Source of the DNA: Marsupella aquatica
Taxonomy: Eukaryota > Plantae > Marchantiophyta
Reading direction: 5' to 3'
Assembly: GCA_973895155.1 (NCBI GenBank)
Contig: OZ316899.1
Location: 9,856,287 to 9,920,286, forward strand
DNA length: 64,000 nucleotides
The notes beneath the pieces were generated by a model, which saw only the letters and a program-made list of their open reading frames with translations, was not told the DNA's origin and ran no database searches. The stretch's first letter is position 1. Each line of letters opens with the position of its first letter. Shown piece by piece: positions 39,068 to 51,899 of this stretch. Made by a program: the position numbers and the translations under genes.

Positions 39068-40444
39068 TCATAAAGAGTAGTTTATACACACCCAGTCAAG
39101 GCCACCGTCAAGACGAGACCATATCCACACAGAGCATATGGTTTAGTCACACAGATTGGTAGAGGGAGTATCTTTATTGGATATGATATCCACCAGATCA
39201 TTCGTGTCAGAAATTCACAAGTTACCGAATGCACATGGTATGTCATGGGAGGACAGATAGAAGTTTGATACGCAGTAAACAAATGGGTCATACGAAAAGG
39301 AGTTATATTCCAAGTAAGTAATATGAAAAGATAAAGTAGTGACATCATGATATGTGTTGTAACAGAACAGAGCAGTATGAGATGTGTGTATTCATGCGTC
39401 ATTGAGAAATATTTAATCAAAGTTAAAAAAATCAGGAGAAAAAGGTACGTCACAAGTATTAGCATAGAGGTAACTTTGCATTGTGGATGACAGCACCAGA
39501 AAGAGATTAGCATAGGTTAGTATTGAGACAAACATTGAAGAAAGAATATATCTTTCCTTTACAATAAAGACTTGTCTTGATCAGATCAAGCCAGAAGGTA
39601 GCGGTTCATCATATCTGTCTATCATACAGATTGATGTAGACCATCATCTTGAACTGAAAATGTAGATGACACGGGCTACATTGCAAGCCCCATGGTCGTC
39701 TTTCAGCCCCCATCCATGGGGAGAATCTAGTCAAACTTAGGACAGATTCAAGCTACACGTTTCTGCTACCAAAGCCCAGGCGGTAACGGGGAGACGCGTA
39801 ATCAGTTCAAGGCTAGCACAAGAAATATAAAAGAAATCATACAGCATAGAAGAGAACAAGGTCATACCTGTTGCGCCCGGGCCATTTTTCGTGTACTGGA
39901 GTTGTGTAAGAGGTCTCGTTGATTGACTAGGTCACCTTGAGTATGATGTACTTAGAAAAACTATATCACAAGCATCTATTGGGGCAGAGCATAGGGCACA
40001 GAGTACATGGCAGGAGAATGTCCTGGCCCACGTAGTGCAGTGTGTGAACAGAACATTGGAAATGATATGCAGTCAGAAAGTGCATCAGTGCAGGATACCA
40101 GAGTGCTGTGCCAAGAGAATAATTGTAGAGAGTGAACAGTGCGCTTTTAAAGAAGGTTGCGTAGGTCCTGAGATATTTTAGGTTTTCTTTGTGGAGTCCG
40201 AAACCCTATGGTGACCGTCAGATCTAGGGTATTTTATTTGAGTGGTAGATGTACTAACATCTCTTAGCGTTAAGATCGAATGGTGGTGCATGTGTCAGAG
40301 AATTAGTATATTTATTTATGTGCATAAATGTAAGTGTAAGTCAAAACATACTTATATTTTATATGTATAAACATGTCCGTACATTGGTTTTGAGGTATTT
40401 CTATAATACTGATTTAAAATGGGTAATTCAATTTTCTTTTGTCC
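39068..40444. other. About 1.4-kb non-coding segment bracketed by (AG)9 and (AG)10; probable insertion into a microsatellite
   Basis: AG runs at 39049-39066 and 40445-40464, inside an unusually long (3.1-kb) Copia leader. Confidence 0.5.
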
Positions 40445-41241
40445 AGAGAGAGAGAGAGAGAGAGTATTTTTTGAACAAAAAATTGGCCCGTAAGAAATCC
40501 AAAAATGCTTGTGGAAATCAAACAAAAAAAGCTTGCACCTTGTAACGTTCGGATTATGGTGAGGAATCAGAAACCGATGTCGGTGGGTTGGAAAGATTTG
40601 CACACCCGCACCGTTTGCTGGTCAATCAGTGGCAAAAACTCAGAACTCCTTCCTCCCGTGGGCAAAATCGTCAATCTTGGACTCAAAACGAGGACCTCTT
40701 CGTGATCTCTTCGTTCAGCCCAAGTACTTCACGTCTCTCCCTCCGAGTCGAGCGCAACGACAAGAAACCCCACTCGGGCAAAAGAGGACTCCATAGCCGG
40801 TCAGAAAATCAGAATGTTTCTTTTGCTCTTTGCGACACACTCATTACACACTCGGCAACAAACCATCTACCAAAATGATCAGCTTGTCCTGATCTACAAG
40901 CAGAGCTACAACATGCGACGCCTCCTTCGCCGTAGAGCTCACACTGTCGGGAAAACAAACTCTGGTCCCTCCTCCGAAAAAACCGTCGAACACGAATGTT
41001 GCCAACTTTCTTCACAAATTCCAGAATGACAAAAACTTAGATCTCTCTGCACCACAATCTTCGTTCAACAATTTCTTCGCACCGTTAGAAAGCCCTTGCC
41101 CCGATCTATCCGCTGAGCCCATAAACTCCAAGTTCCATGCGATGGAACTCCAGGAAATCCACCGACACTCAACGCTGGAAAAAACCATCACGAAATCCCA
41201 TCACGAACAATGTCACCTCCCAGGCATGCTCTGATACCAAT

Positions 41242-41582
41242 TGTTGAGCATAGACGACACTCGTAACGGTAAGCACATGACACATCCAACGCGCAAGTAG
41301 TCGACACAAGAGATACGTGGTTCACCTCCTCGAGGCTACGTCCACGGGAACACAAGAGAGCTTTACTGAACTCTAAGCCCGTCGGCTAAACCAAGTCTCC
41401 ACAGTGTAAGGTCTCATCATCTCTCAAGTGGCTCCGTAACAATGAGCCTAAATTCCACTTATCCAAGCAAACACCGCTTGGCATATAGTGTGCATCCTAG
41501 TTAACCTAACCACATCTCCGACTATGGTTAGTCTAACTATGGTTACATGTCATAATCCTAGACCTTGAGTAAATACCTAACA
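41242..41582 (-). repeat. 5' LTR of Tork-like Copia
   Basis: Adjacent to the initiator-Met PBS. Confidence 0.95.
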
Positions 41583-44500
41583 TAGACGTCTGCGGACCAA
41601 TTGATCCCCCTAGCGAACCATTCCGCTTTTTCCTAGCCATCATCGACTCATCAACCAAATGGTCACAGGTTTCATTATTATCAACAAGGAACCTTGTATT
41701 CCCCAGGATCCTGGCATATATTTTGAAGTTGAAAGCACAGTTCCCGAATCACCCAATCAGAATCATAAGAGTCAACAATGCTGGCGAATTCACATCCAGG
41801 ACCTTCGACACTTTATGTGCAACTGCGGGCATTGATGTTCAGTATCCTATGGCCCATGTACACTTCCAAAATGGGATAGCTGAATCCCTGATCAAAAGAT
41901 TACAAATGATTGCATGACCACTACTTATGCAAACTAATCTTTCGACATCAGCATGGGGCCATGCAATACTCCATGCCGTTGCATTACTACAGTACTGCCC
42001 ATTGGCTTTCAACACCAGCATGCCTCACCACCTGGCTTTTGGGAATACTCCAGATATTCCACCTCCAAACATTTGGCTGCCAGGTCTTGGCACCCATAAT
42101 GGGCCCCAAACGGACGAAGATGGGGCCCCAGTGACAGAAAGGTATTTATGTTGGGTTTGACTCCACATCAATCATAAGGTACCTAGAACCCACAACAACA
42201 GATATATTTAAGGGAAGATTCATTGACTGCCATTACTACGAGAACATTTTTCCTAAACTGAGTAACACACTTAGTCCTGCAACTGAATTACAATGGCAAA
42301 TAAAATCTGGCTTCTGGAACGACCCCAGAACAAACCAAGCCGATACAAAAACACAACGAATCTTACATTTAACCAGGATGATGGAGCAATTACCAGACAA
42401 CTTTTCAGATGCAACCAAAGTGACAAGATCACACATCCCAGTAGCAAACACCCCCTCAAGAATACAAATGGAGATTCAGCCGGCTACACAGACAGAACCA
42501 AGAACAAAAAGGGGACGTCCACCAGGAGCCAGCGATAAGCAACCAAGACAAAGGAGATCTACAACAACAATCCACCAAAGGTCAGCCAACTCGGTCATAC
42601 ACATACCAGAAAATGCCACTCATGAAGAAAATGAGGAAATAGCCATCTAACACTATAATACTCAATGCCGCCAAATTTGGGCTTTCGTCTCTTTACAAAA
42701 TGAGCTTAGGGCAAGAGTCATCCGTGGCCGTTGGATTTTTTGACGTCTTTTAAGGGCCGTTCATTGGTTTGTCTGCCTCGCTTGCCAGACGAGGTATGTC
42801 GTCGTCTCGCAACAGTCTTCCTTGCTGCCTCGCTTCCCCTTACCCCTGCATGAGTGAGTCTACCCTCGCCTCAGTCCAGGCGAGGTGTACAAACCCTTGC
42901 ATCCCCGCACGCCCTGCTGTGCCGTTCTTCCTGCCTCGCACTGCCTACTCCTCCTTACGCTCAGCCGCTCACCCTCGGCCATTGGCTCACGCTCGGTTGT
43001 TGCCAACCTCCCTCAACCATCCCTCGGGCTGCCATCGGGGCTGCCATTGGGGCTCCCCCCTCCCTTGCACCCCACCCTCCTCCCTCCCTTGCACCAACTC
43101 CTTCCCTCCCTCCCTTGCAATGGCCCCTCCCTCCCTCCCTCCCTCGCCATGGCCCTACCATTGGTCTATCACGGCCCTGCCTTGCGCACCCATTTTGTTG
43201 CTCTCTTGCCTACGGTCTCCCTGCCAGCCCCTGCTGCCCTGCCCTCCTGCAACGGCCTCCCTCTTCACGCCAATGCCCTGCCCTGCCGCAGCTGCCATGC
43301 CTGGACCCAAGCTCGCATGCCGTGGCTGCCCTGCCCTGCCCTGCCAGCACCCCTCCTCCCCTCACCTCTCTCCCCTCCACTCCACTCCCCTTTGCTCCCC
43401 TCCCCTCCCGTGCGTGCCTGCCATGCCCTGCCCTGCAGACCACGGCCTCCCCTTGCTTACCCCTGCTGCTGGGAGGCTGCATTGCCAGGCACCCTAAACT
43501 CGCCCCGCCTCCTCTCCCCTCCCCTACGTGCGCCCCTCATTTGCGGGCTGTCCCCTCCGGATCCTGCCGCCCCCTGCTGCTTTGTGGCTCTGCCTTGCCA
43601 TGGCTGCCTAGCCGCGGCTTCACTCCCGGTGGGCCTAGACCAGGCTTACCTGCCCTGCCTTTCCGTGCCCTTGCCTTGCCAGGGCCTCCTGCCACTGCCG
43701 CACTTGCTGACCGTGCCTGCCCCTTGCTTGCCCCCTCATGCTACCATTGTGCCGTGGCTGCCTCGCTCCCCTCCTGAGCACGCCTAGACCCAGGCAGGCC
43801 CCGACATTCCCTGCCAACCCCTGCCGTCCCTCCTTCCTTGTCGTGCGCCTGCTACGGTGCTCGCTGCCTTGCCGTGCGCTCTTCCCCGCTCCATTTGGTT
43901 TGAGTAGTTTTGGGGGTTGGGGGTCTGGGGGTGGCAGGACCCCAAATGCATATATGAGGGGACTACTAATTGCAAGGCAATTTTGGATGATGACGAGACT
44001 TTGGATGACAATGGGATTGGTGCCCACAGCCTATGGGTGACCCTCACAACAATTTGAATACTTTTTGGAAATGTGATGCGGAATGAGTGACCAGGGGAGT
44101 GGATGGTGGATACTTGCGATGCTATGTGCAATGGGCAACCAGGGGAGTTTGATGGTGGCCACACCCCATGGGGTGACCCATACTAAAATCTAACACTATG
44201 TTAGTTGCAATTCGGGATGGGTGACCACTGGAATGAAGGGTGGTCGAGGCTCCAACAGTGGATACCGTAGGGGCAAGAGACATTCTGGAAGGAGGATGAT
44301 CGCCACCAAGGTTGGGGGTGAGACAAGGGATTGTGGTAAGCAGTATCCTCGACAGATATTGGGTCTCCTCACATGTCTTGGGTCTCTTGCAAAGGTGTGG
44401 CCCAACCGGCGTTCAAGATACTTAGGGGTCTGTCAAGCTTGATTGGGGGTGCATAAAAACTTCTCATATGTTTTGTGGTTGGATGCAGATGATGGACGGG

Positions 44501-44763
44501 TTTTGAGAGTTTTTGCACCATGAGAACCCCAAGGGAGAGGCTGGAAGCTGATTGTGAGCGTCATGCCCAAAATAAGGAAGCAATAAATGCAAGGCGTCGG
44601 CAAAAATATGCTCAGCGACGATTGCAAGAGGGGGCTCGAGTCTGTGTGGTGCCACAACCAAGAGCCACACCAACTATGGGTTCCCTGGTGCTAGAACCAA
44701 GGAATCCGCCAAGGAATTCTACGGGTAGAAGTTTGACCAAGGAATTCTCGATTCAAGCTACCC

Positions 44764-45921
44764 TTGAAACCAATCTTGACATCAACATGCGCCATCCAAA
44801 AACAATCTGACCTTGCCGGATTATTGCGGAGGGTAACTTTTATTTTGTGGGATGAAGCACCCATGATCCATTGGCATGGAGTGGAGGCGTTGGATAGAAC
44901 TTTACGCGACATACAAGATAATGACCAAATCTTTGGAGGGGTTGTAGTTGTATTTGCAGGTGATTTTTTACAAGTGCTTCCAATGAAGGCAAGGGCAAGT
45001 TGTCCAGAGATCGTGGGGTCGTGTTTGAAGAAATCTTATGTCTGGAGTAGTATACAGACTTTGAAGCTAACTGAAAATATGTGGGCAAGAGGAACTAATG
45101 CCCCTCCTGAATTTGGTAATGTTACATTTGCAGAGTGGCTACTACAATTGGGCGATGATAAACTCCCAAAAGGAGGGCCTTCAAATAATCTTATTACTTG
45201 CCCTGAGTCTATGGTGGTGGATGGAGGACGTGTGGAATCATTGATTCATGCAATTTACCCATCTCTTGCTAATGTAGACGATAGGTTCTTAAGTGAGAGA
45301 ACTATCCTGGCACCGACAAATGATGAGGCGCTAAAAATTAATGACTCTATCTTAGACGGAATTCCCATGGAAGCAAGTGGGTTTTTTAATGTTGATCGTC
45401 TGGATCAGCTCGAAGGGGAGAATTTCTACCCAACAGAGTTCTTGAATACACTCACACCAAGTGGTCTGCGGCCTCATAAGTTGGTATTGAAGGTTGGATG
45501 CCCAATCATTTTACTTAGGAATATAGATCACTCTTTGGGGTTGTGTAATGGTACTCGGCTAATTGTGAGAGCAATGCATCGTTGTGTCATTGAGGCACCA
45601 GTTCTTGCAGGAAAACATGTAGGGACCCTTACATTTATCCCACGGATTCCGTTGACATCTGACAAATCACTTCCTTTTTTATTACGTAGGGTCCAATTTC
45701 CCATTCAAGTGGCATATGCAAGGACCATAAACAAAGCTCAAGGTCAAACTTTAGAACATGTAGGGTTACAACTTTCAAAGCCTGTATTTAGTCACGGACA
45801 GTTGTATGTAGCATTCTCAAGGGCAACATCTCCTACAACTATCAAGGTTTTACTTTCGGATTTGGAGGAGGGTCAAGCAAGGTTGACAAAAAATGTTGTA
45901 TATGATGAGGTTCTTTATTGA
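44764..45921 (+). pseudogene. Helitron Pif1-like helicase, C-terminal part (no Rep HUH domain, no Walker A)
   Basis: WDEAPM, FGG...AGDFLQVLP, GLCNGTRL, TINKAQGQT and FSHGQLYVAFSR. Confidence 0.92.
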
Positions 45922-46003
45922 ATGCATGAATAAAGATTGCATCACTTTTGTATTAATATGTTTGACTTTTTGCCTGAATTATATGTTTGCAATGCACAAC
46001 CAT

Positions 46004-46297
46004 GTTTGCCTCACCTCAAAATCTTGCCTCACCTCAAAATCTTGCCTCACCTCAACATCTTGCCTCACCTCAACATCTTGCCCTCTCCTCAAAATCTTTC
46101 CCTCACGTTGACATCTTCCCCTCACCTCGACATCTTGCCCTCTCCTCAAAATCTTGCCCTCTCCTTGACATCTTGCCCTCTTCTCGATATCTTGCCCTCA
46201 TCTCACATCTTGCCCTCTCCTCAAAATTTTGCCCTCTCCTCGACATCTTGCCCTCTCCTCAACATCTTGCCCTCACCTTGACATCTTGCCCTCACTC
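46004..46297 (+). repeat. Tandem array of 18-19-bp units (about CATCTTGCCCTCTCCTCAA) near the Helitron 3' end
   Basis: About 15 degenerate units are directly visible. Confidence 0.9.
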
Positions 46298-47294
46298 AAA
46301 GTCTTTCGTGCAACGCACGGGCATGGGGCTAGTCAACTATAATACTATTGACAGGAAACATTTGGTAGAGAACTAAAACTCTAGTAGATGAGCACTTCGC
46401 ATTCCAGATCACATAGGAAATGGAAAATGATCCACCTAACCCAAAGACAATACGCGAAGCACAGCAGCAGACAGACTGGCTGAAATGGGAGAAAGCTATC
46501 CATTCAGAACTGGACTCGCTAATCTCTAGACAAGTCTTTGGACCCATCACACCCGTATCACCTGACACCACCTAACAAGCTACAAATGGACATTCATCAA
46601 AAAGCATAATTCTAAGGGGGAGGTGATACAATACAAGGCACGTCTCATTGCCAAAGGATTTACCCAAATCCCAGGCCGGGACTATGACCTGACATACTCA
46701 CCTGTGATGGACGTCACCACATACAGGTACTTAATAGCATTAATTCTCACTTAGAAACCAATTGACAATGCACCAAATGGACATTGTTACTGCATACTTA
46801 TATGGACATTTGGACAACTAAGGTCATTTACATGGAAGCTCCACCAGAGCTGATAGCTCGCGTTGCATACCACGCTGAGGGGGAGCACAAAGCAAATGAA
46901 AGGAATTCACCAAATGAGGGCCCTTTTGGCCACACAAACAAAAAGGTGCTACACACCATCTCCAAAGAAATTACATTAAAAGCTCCAAAAAAGCAAATAA
47001 GCCGGAAGGCCTATACTATACAGGTGCTTCGCTCCATGTACGGGCTAAAACAGAGCGGCCGAACATGGTACAAGCACTTTCAAGCAGAAATGATCACACT
47101 GGGATTTGAAAACTCACATATTGCCCCTTGCTTGTTCATAAAACAAGAAGGAAAAGAGATCACAATCATTGCCATATACGTTGACGATTTAAATCTGTTT
47201 GGCACTAAACGCATCCTACTAGACACAATACAAATGCTTAAGAGTGTATTTGAAATGATTAGCCTATTCATTAAAAGTGTATTATTATTTGATT

Positions 47295-47692
47295 TATGTA
47301 CATTTGGGCAATGAAAAGTGTACTTTTGGGATTGGAAAAGTGTACATTTGGCCAATGAAAAGTGTACATTTGGGGATAGAAAAATGTACAATTGGCCTAA
47401 AGAGTGTACATTTGGGCAATGAAAAGTGTATATTTGAACATCAAAATAGGTACATTTGACTTTAAAAGTGTACATTTGAGTACATTTGGCCTTGAAAGTG
47501 TACATTTGAGTGAAAAAAACATACATTTGGCTTAAAAAGTGTACATTTGAGTACATTTGGCCTAGAAAGTGTACATTTGAGTGAAAAAAACATACATTTG
47601 GCTTAAAAGTGTACATTTAAGTGCATTTGGTCTAGAAAGTGTAGCTTTGAGTGCAACAAAGTGTACATTTGGCCTAAAAAGTGTACATTTTC
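47295..47692 (+). repeat. Tandem array built on AAAAGTGTACATTTG
   Basis: About 20 units with a TGTACA palindromic core and variable linkers. Confidence 0.9.
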
Positions 47693-47975
47693 CTATCAAC
47701 TCTTATTATAATCATTTAAAAGAAAGGAATGAATAGAAAAATATTTTTAATTATGCAAAAAAAAACAAATATTCATATTCATAACGATCAAAAGTTTAGA
47801 AAATGAGGAGATAGTATAACTAACACTCAATGGCATGGTCTCACATTAAAACTATTAGAATAGTAAATAACTAGTACGTAAGTTACTATGTTTGAATGAG
47901 TGTCGACTATTTACATAAGAACTAGGTAAGTAACTATCTATTTAATTATTATAGCTTCGCAAGTAACAACTAAGT

Positions 47976-50900
47976 CTACTTGTCCACCCTTTGGAGATAA
48001 CTTTGGACAGTTTGTAGAACATTTTGAGGAATCTTCAAACCTCTGCCCGCCATGTTTTCTTCTTTCATGCCAGATTTAAAACCATACATTGCAGAATTTC
48101 CATACTGCCAATGTTGAGCATTCTCACCAAACCCTGGATCTCGTTCCCATGTCTTAGTGGACATGAAGCAGTTTAGATACCGTGCACTCTCAGTCACATC
48201 AAGTTTAGAGTGTTTAGGCCTCCACCATTCAACTGGAAACATTGGAGCATATTGTTGAGGTAGATGAGGGTTTGTTGGAAATGTAGTTGGGACTTCATGC
48301 TTAGGGTCCACCGAACCCAAAGCTCTCACCAACCAGAAATGACCTCCACCATTTTTATTCTCCCAATCATCCTCGGGTCAAAGAAATACAAAGTTCCCTT
48401 CACGAATATCCTGTAGAGGAATCCACCGTCCTTGTTCACTCTCAGCTTGAGATCCAACAAATGGTGCTGCTTGATCTTCCATCTCTTCCAAGACCTCATT
48501 TTGAAGAGCCGTCATCTCCGCATTCTCCTCATCTTCACTTGGAGGACCACTTTGTTCCGGTTGGTTGACCTTGTAACCAGTGCCGTGGTTAGTCTTAGGC
48601 CAAAATCCATTTTTCAAGGGAAATTGAGTACTTCCCTCCCCTTCTAGTGCGAGCCCATTTGTCAACAACTCCACAATTCTCTCCCAATATTTCACAAGAG
48701 GAAATCTTTCCTTATATGCTATAGATGTCTCATCAGTGCAACTCCTTCTCAAAAAATCAAGGTGCTTGTTAAGAAATGGGATAATCTCTTCAGATTTTTT
48801 GTGTATCTCTCCAATGGATTTAGCTAAGGCCTCTTCACTAGGTAAAAGAAGAGAATTTGTTGTCAGATCTGTTGCCCAAATGCACCTTCCTCCAACTGGA
48901 GCCCAAGCTTGCTTTACATGGGACTTATACTGAAATATTGGTACATTATCTCTCATAGAGAAAAGAAATGATACGGGTTTTGAGTGACCTTGAATATCTT
49001 TAACTTTGAAAGTTTGAAGATATTCTTTGTAAGATGCAACTTCTTGTATCAATCTGGAAACTAGATGAATGCTCTCACATTCCCAAACCTCTGCCATAAG
49101 AGCAAGGAGAGTTGCAACTTCCTTGTGCTGAACTTGATATGATACCTTTGAAAAGAGTGCATCAATATCTTTGTGCGTATGACCAACCATTAGAAAAGAC
49201 ATTTGAACAGTTTCAAATACTCCTCTACTCACAAGCTCACTACAAAATGCCATGACAGTCTGGTTTTTGTTTTCCTTTGCTGAGTTATCCATTTGTAGTG
49301 TTAGGTGCCTTGGCAAGGGCTTGAAAGATGGACTGCCTTGTTCCCCATGCATGTCCCCTCCTTGATCCTCACCATGTTGGGTGGAGACCGTCTCCGTCTG
49401 ACTCTCGACTGCATCTTCAGAACCAATATACCTATTCATTGGAATACTCTTTGGTTCCAAATATCCCTTAAAAAATGCATCAAAGTCAAGAAGGGCTTGA
49501 AAGAAAGGTCTATGAGGTTCCAAATAAAGGCCATCCAACATGTCACCTGTCTTGTCTCCATTGTACTCTTCAAGGTCTCGAAGACACTTAGCCAAGGATG
49601 TCACCGTGAAATCAACATCTCCTGGCCAAAGGCCAGTGACACTAAAGTGTGCATAGACTCCTGGATCCCTTCCGTGGGTCAACATCCCTGTGAGAGCAAT
49701 AGGTAGTGGCATCCCATGACCCGAAAGCAATTTAGGAGTACTGGTCATTTTTGGAATCCACGTCTTTGCTTGATCCATCTTGTCGTGAATGATGCAAAGA
49801 TATTCTCTTGGATGTTGCTTAGCCATCACTCGATGAGCATAGTAAACATATCTACGTGACATCTGCTCACGAAGATGTTGCGCTTGTTTTTCGTCAATTT
49901 CAGCACGTTCTTTATTACTTCTTTCTCGCATCAAACTATCTTTGTATTCACAACAAAGAGTACACTTGGCAAATGCACCATCTTTATGGAAACTGAAGGT
50001 TGCAAATGATTTGCTCCAAATCTTGTACAGAGTATTCTCTGTAACTGGAGGAAGCCCCTCTTCCTTCATCTTTGTTCTCACATCTTCCAAAATCTCCAGC
50101 TTCTTATAACATGCTAGAAGACAATACTCAAAGGAGTCTGTCCCATGAGCCACAACATAAGGTATATGAGGCATGGGCTTTGCATGTCAAGTCAAAAAAT
50201 CCTCCAACAGAGCTCGTGCATGCAAGGTATTTGACCTTGTTTTCATGGAGCCCGTGTTTTCATGGAACCCAATTTTTCAACCCTCCACATATCTCCTTTT
50301 GTAATCATAATATTTCATGTGGCTAAAGCCATGGATGATTGCAAATGCATGTCTACATACGACCATACCCTTGAGAACATGGTGCCCCTTATCATGAACA
50401 TCATCTTCTCTGTAGTGGAAGAGGATAGGTTGAAAATGTGTGATATTTTTGACTCGCTAAACATCCCGTGAAATTCTATCCTGATATCTTCTATGTCTTC
50501 TCTTGGCATAGTCAGACAACATTTATGCTTGCAACAATTCTTTCTTTTAATTTCAGCAATCGAAGCTTCCGTTGTTTTTGAAACTACCTTGGTTTCCAAC
50601 AGCCTTCTCTTCTTTTCAATCGGATCTACATGAGTCCTCTTGTTGAAATTGTATGGCCTTGTGCGCGGCATTCCCCTATCATTTACATTTGGATAGAGAT
50701 CATCCCTATCCACCGACTCCATCCTCTCTAAACCTTCAACCAAAATGTCCGACACAAATTTCCCATTTGCAAGTAGTTTTGTTGAATCAATCCGCCACCA
50801 AACCAAAGTAATTACTCCCCTATGGAAGTTGGGAAAGTATTGTGATTCCACCACATCTTTCACAGAAATCCCTACATGGTCCTTGCCAAGGATTTCATCG

Positions 50901-51486
50901 TCAACCGCCGCCATTTTTTGAGGCACAGTGATGGTCCCCGTGGCAACCCTATTGGTTCGATCTAAACCGATGTATAGTTCAACCAACTCTGACATCTAAT
51001 TTGACCGTTGGAAATAGTCACAATTAGTTTTAGAAATTTCAGTTGAGGGAGACTCCACAACAAAACTCCACTCTATGTTGATATTATCACCCGCATCCTT
51101 CTTTGAGAAACTCTTTCTACTTTGGACATCTGCCACATCCCAGAGAACCCACGAGTCTTTTGCCTCGTCAATTGTTTCAGCCCACTGTGTTTGTAAGGTA
51201 AAACCCTACTCCCATGAATGACATCAGTGACCCTCACACTGATCTGTGATTCACCAAGTAAAATGTTGTGACATCTTTCCATTGGATTTGTATTGAAAAC
51301 AACTCCAAGGGCTACACAACACCCAAAGATGAACATTTCAACCTCATCCCCTTGCCTCAGAGTGGTCGATGAGTCCTCCTCTACAATTGGATTTTTCTCC
51401 AAATTACTCTCCGGTCGATTTGAACAACTACCTACACTAATACATTTTTGAGAATTTGTTGTCGTTGATAGATATGCACAAGACAA
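47976..51486 (-). pseudogene. Sola-like (DUF7869-type) DDD transposase preceded by two Tnp1/En-Spm-like small domains, disrupted
   Basis: CCKHKCC, FAKCTLC, IIHDKMDQ, LQMDNSAKENKN and FLMVGHTHKDID. Upstream modules VALGVV...ILLGESQISVRVTDV and VATGTI...ILGKDHVGISVKDV. The superfamily assignment is tentative. Confidence 0.65.
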
Positions 51487-51899
51487 ATCCCAAATAATGC
51501 AAGAATCAATGGAATCAAAAAGGTTTTCTGCCCCGAGGCATTAGAAATGGTAGTTTTGTAGTTTGGTCAAAAACTTTCTCAATGAGAACGCCCATTCAAT
51601 TCTCTCTCAACAATATCTTTTGAACACTATCTTGCGGGTTGATTTTTTGAACTGTCCGGCTTGCAATTGTCAATATCACATTGTCGCCTCTCAAAAATAT
51701 TCCGGTCATTCCTACAACATGTTCACCTGCACAATTTGAAATGTAAAGTATTAGTTGACAATGGTCCCAACTAGGAAGCAGATAGGTATGAACCCTATCC
51801 AAGGATAGTGCGCAAATAGGGATCATCCCCATCAAGAAAAATAATAGGTCCCTAAACAATCCTTTTCTAGCCCTAAGATCCTTGATCCCTATTCAGACG

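Larger units (their letters stand above)
33444..41582 (-). mobile_element. Ty1/Copia LTR retrotransposon (Tork/Tnt1-like), nested in opposite orientation
   Basis: 341-bp LTRs with about 10 mismatches, mostly transitions. PBS tggtatcagagc on the minus strand at 41228-41239, PPT at 33785-33794. TSD cagac/tagac (4 of 5). Confidence 0.96.
42646..46332 (+). mobile_element. Non-autonomous Helitron with both termini
   Basis: 5' TC, 3' hairpin cgtgc-aac-gcacg (46307-46319) and CTAG end. Inserted between A and T without a TSD; removing it restores the Copia frame. Confidence 0.95.
23883..47258 (+). mobile_element. Bianca-like Copia, 3'-truncated, hosting three nested insertions
   Basis: 5' LTR then PBS-like cgttatcagcacg at 24032-24044. 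Coding segments 24671-26149, 33256-33443, 41588-42645 and 46333-47258 rejoin as KIWRKR|LGHP, IHAD|VCGP and EIA|INYN. RT YVDD at about 47176. The sequence breaks off after SVFEM and has no 3' LTR. Confidence 0.92.

Noticed and set aside
42769-43787. Three overlapping Pro/Leu/Cys-rich ORFs
   Set aside because: Stop-poor, C-rich low-complexity DNA that is open in all frames, with no recognisable domain.
45937-46376. ORFs with ILPHL or LASPQ repeats
   Set aside because: Translations of the 18-19-bp Helitron tandem repeat.
47080-47616. 178-aa minus-strand ORF with MYTF repeats
   Set aside because: Artefact of the TGTACA array plus antisense Copia RT.
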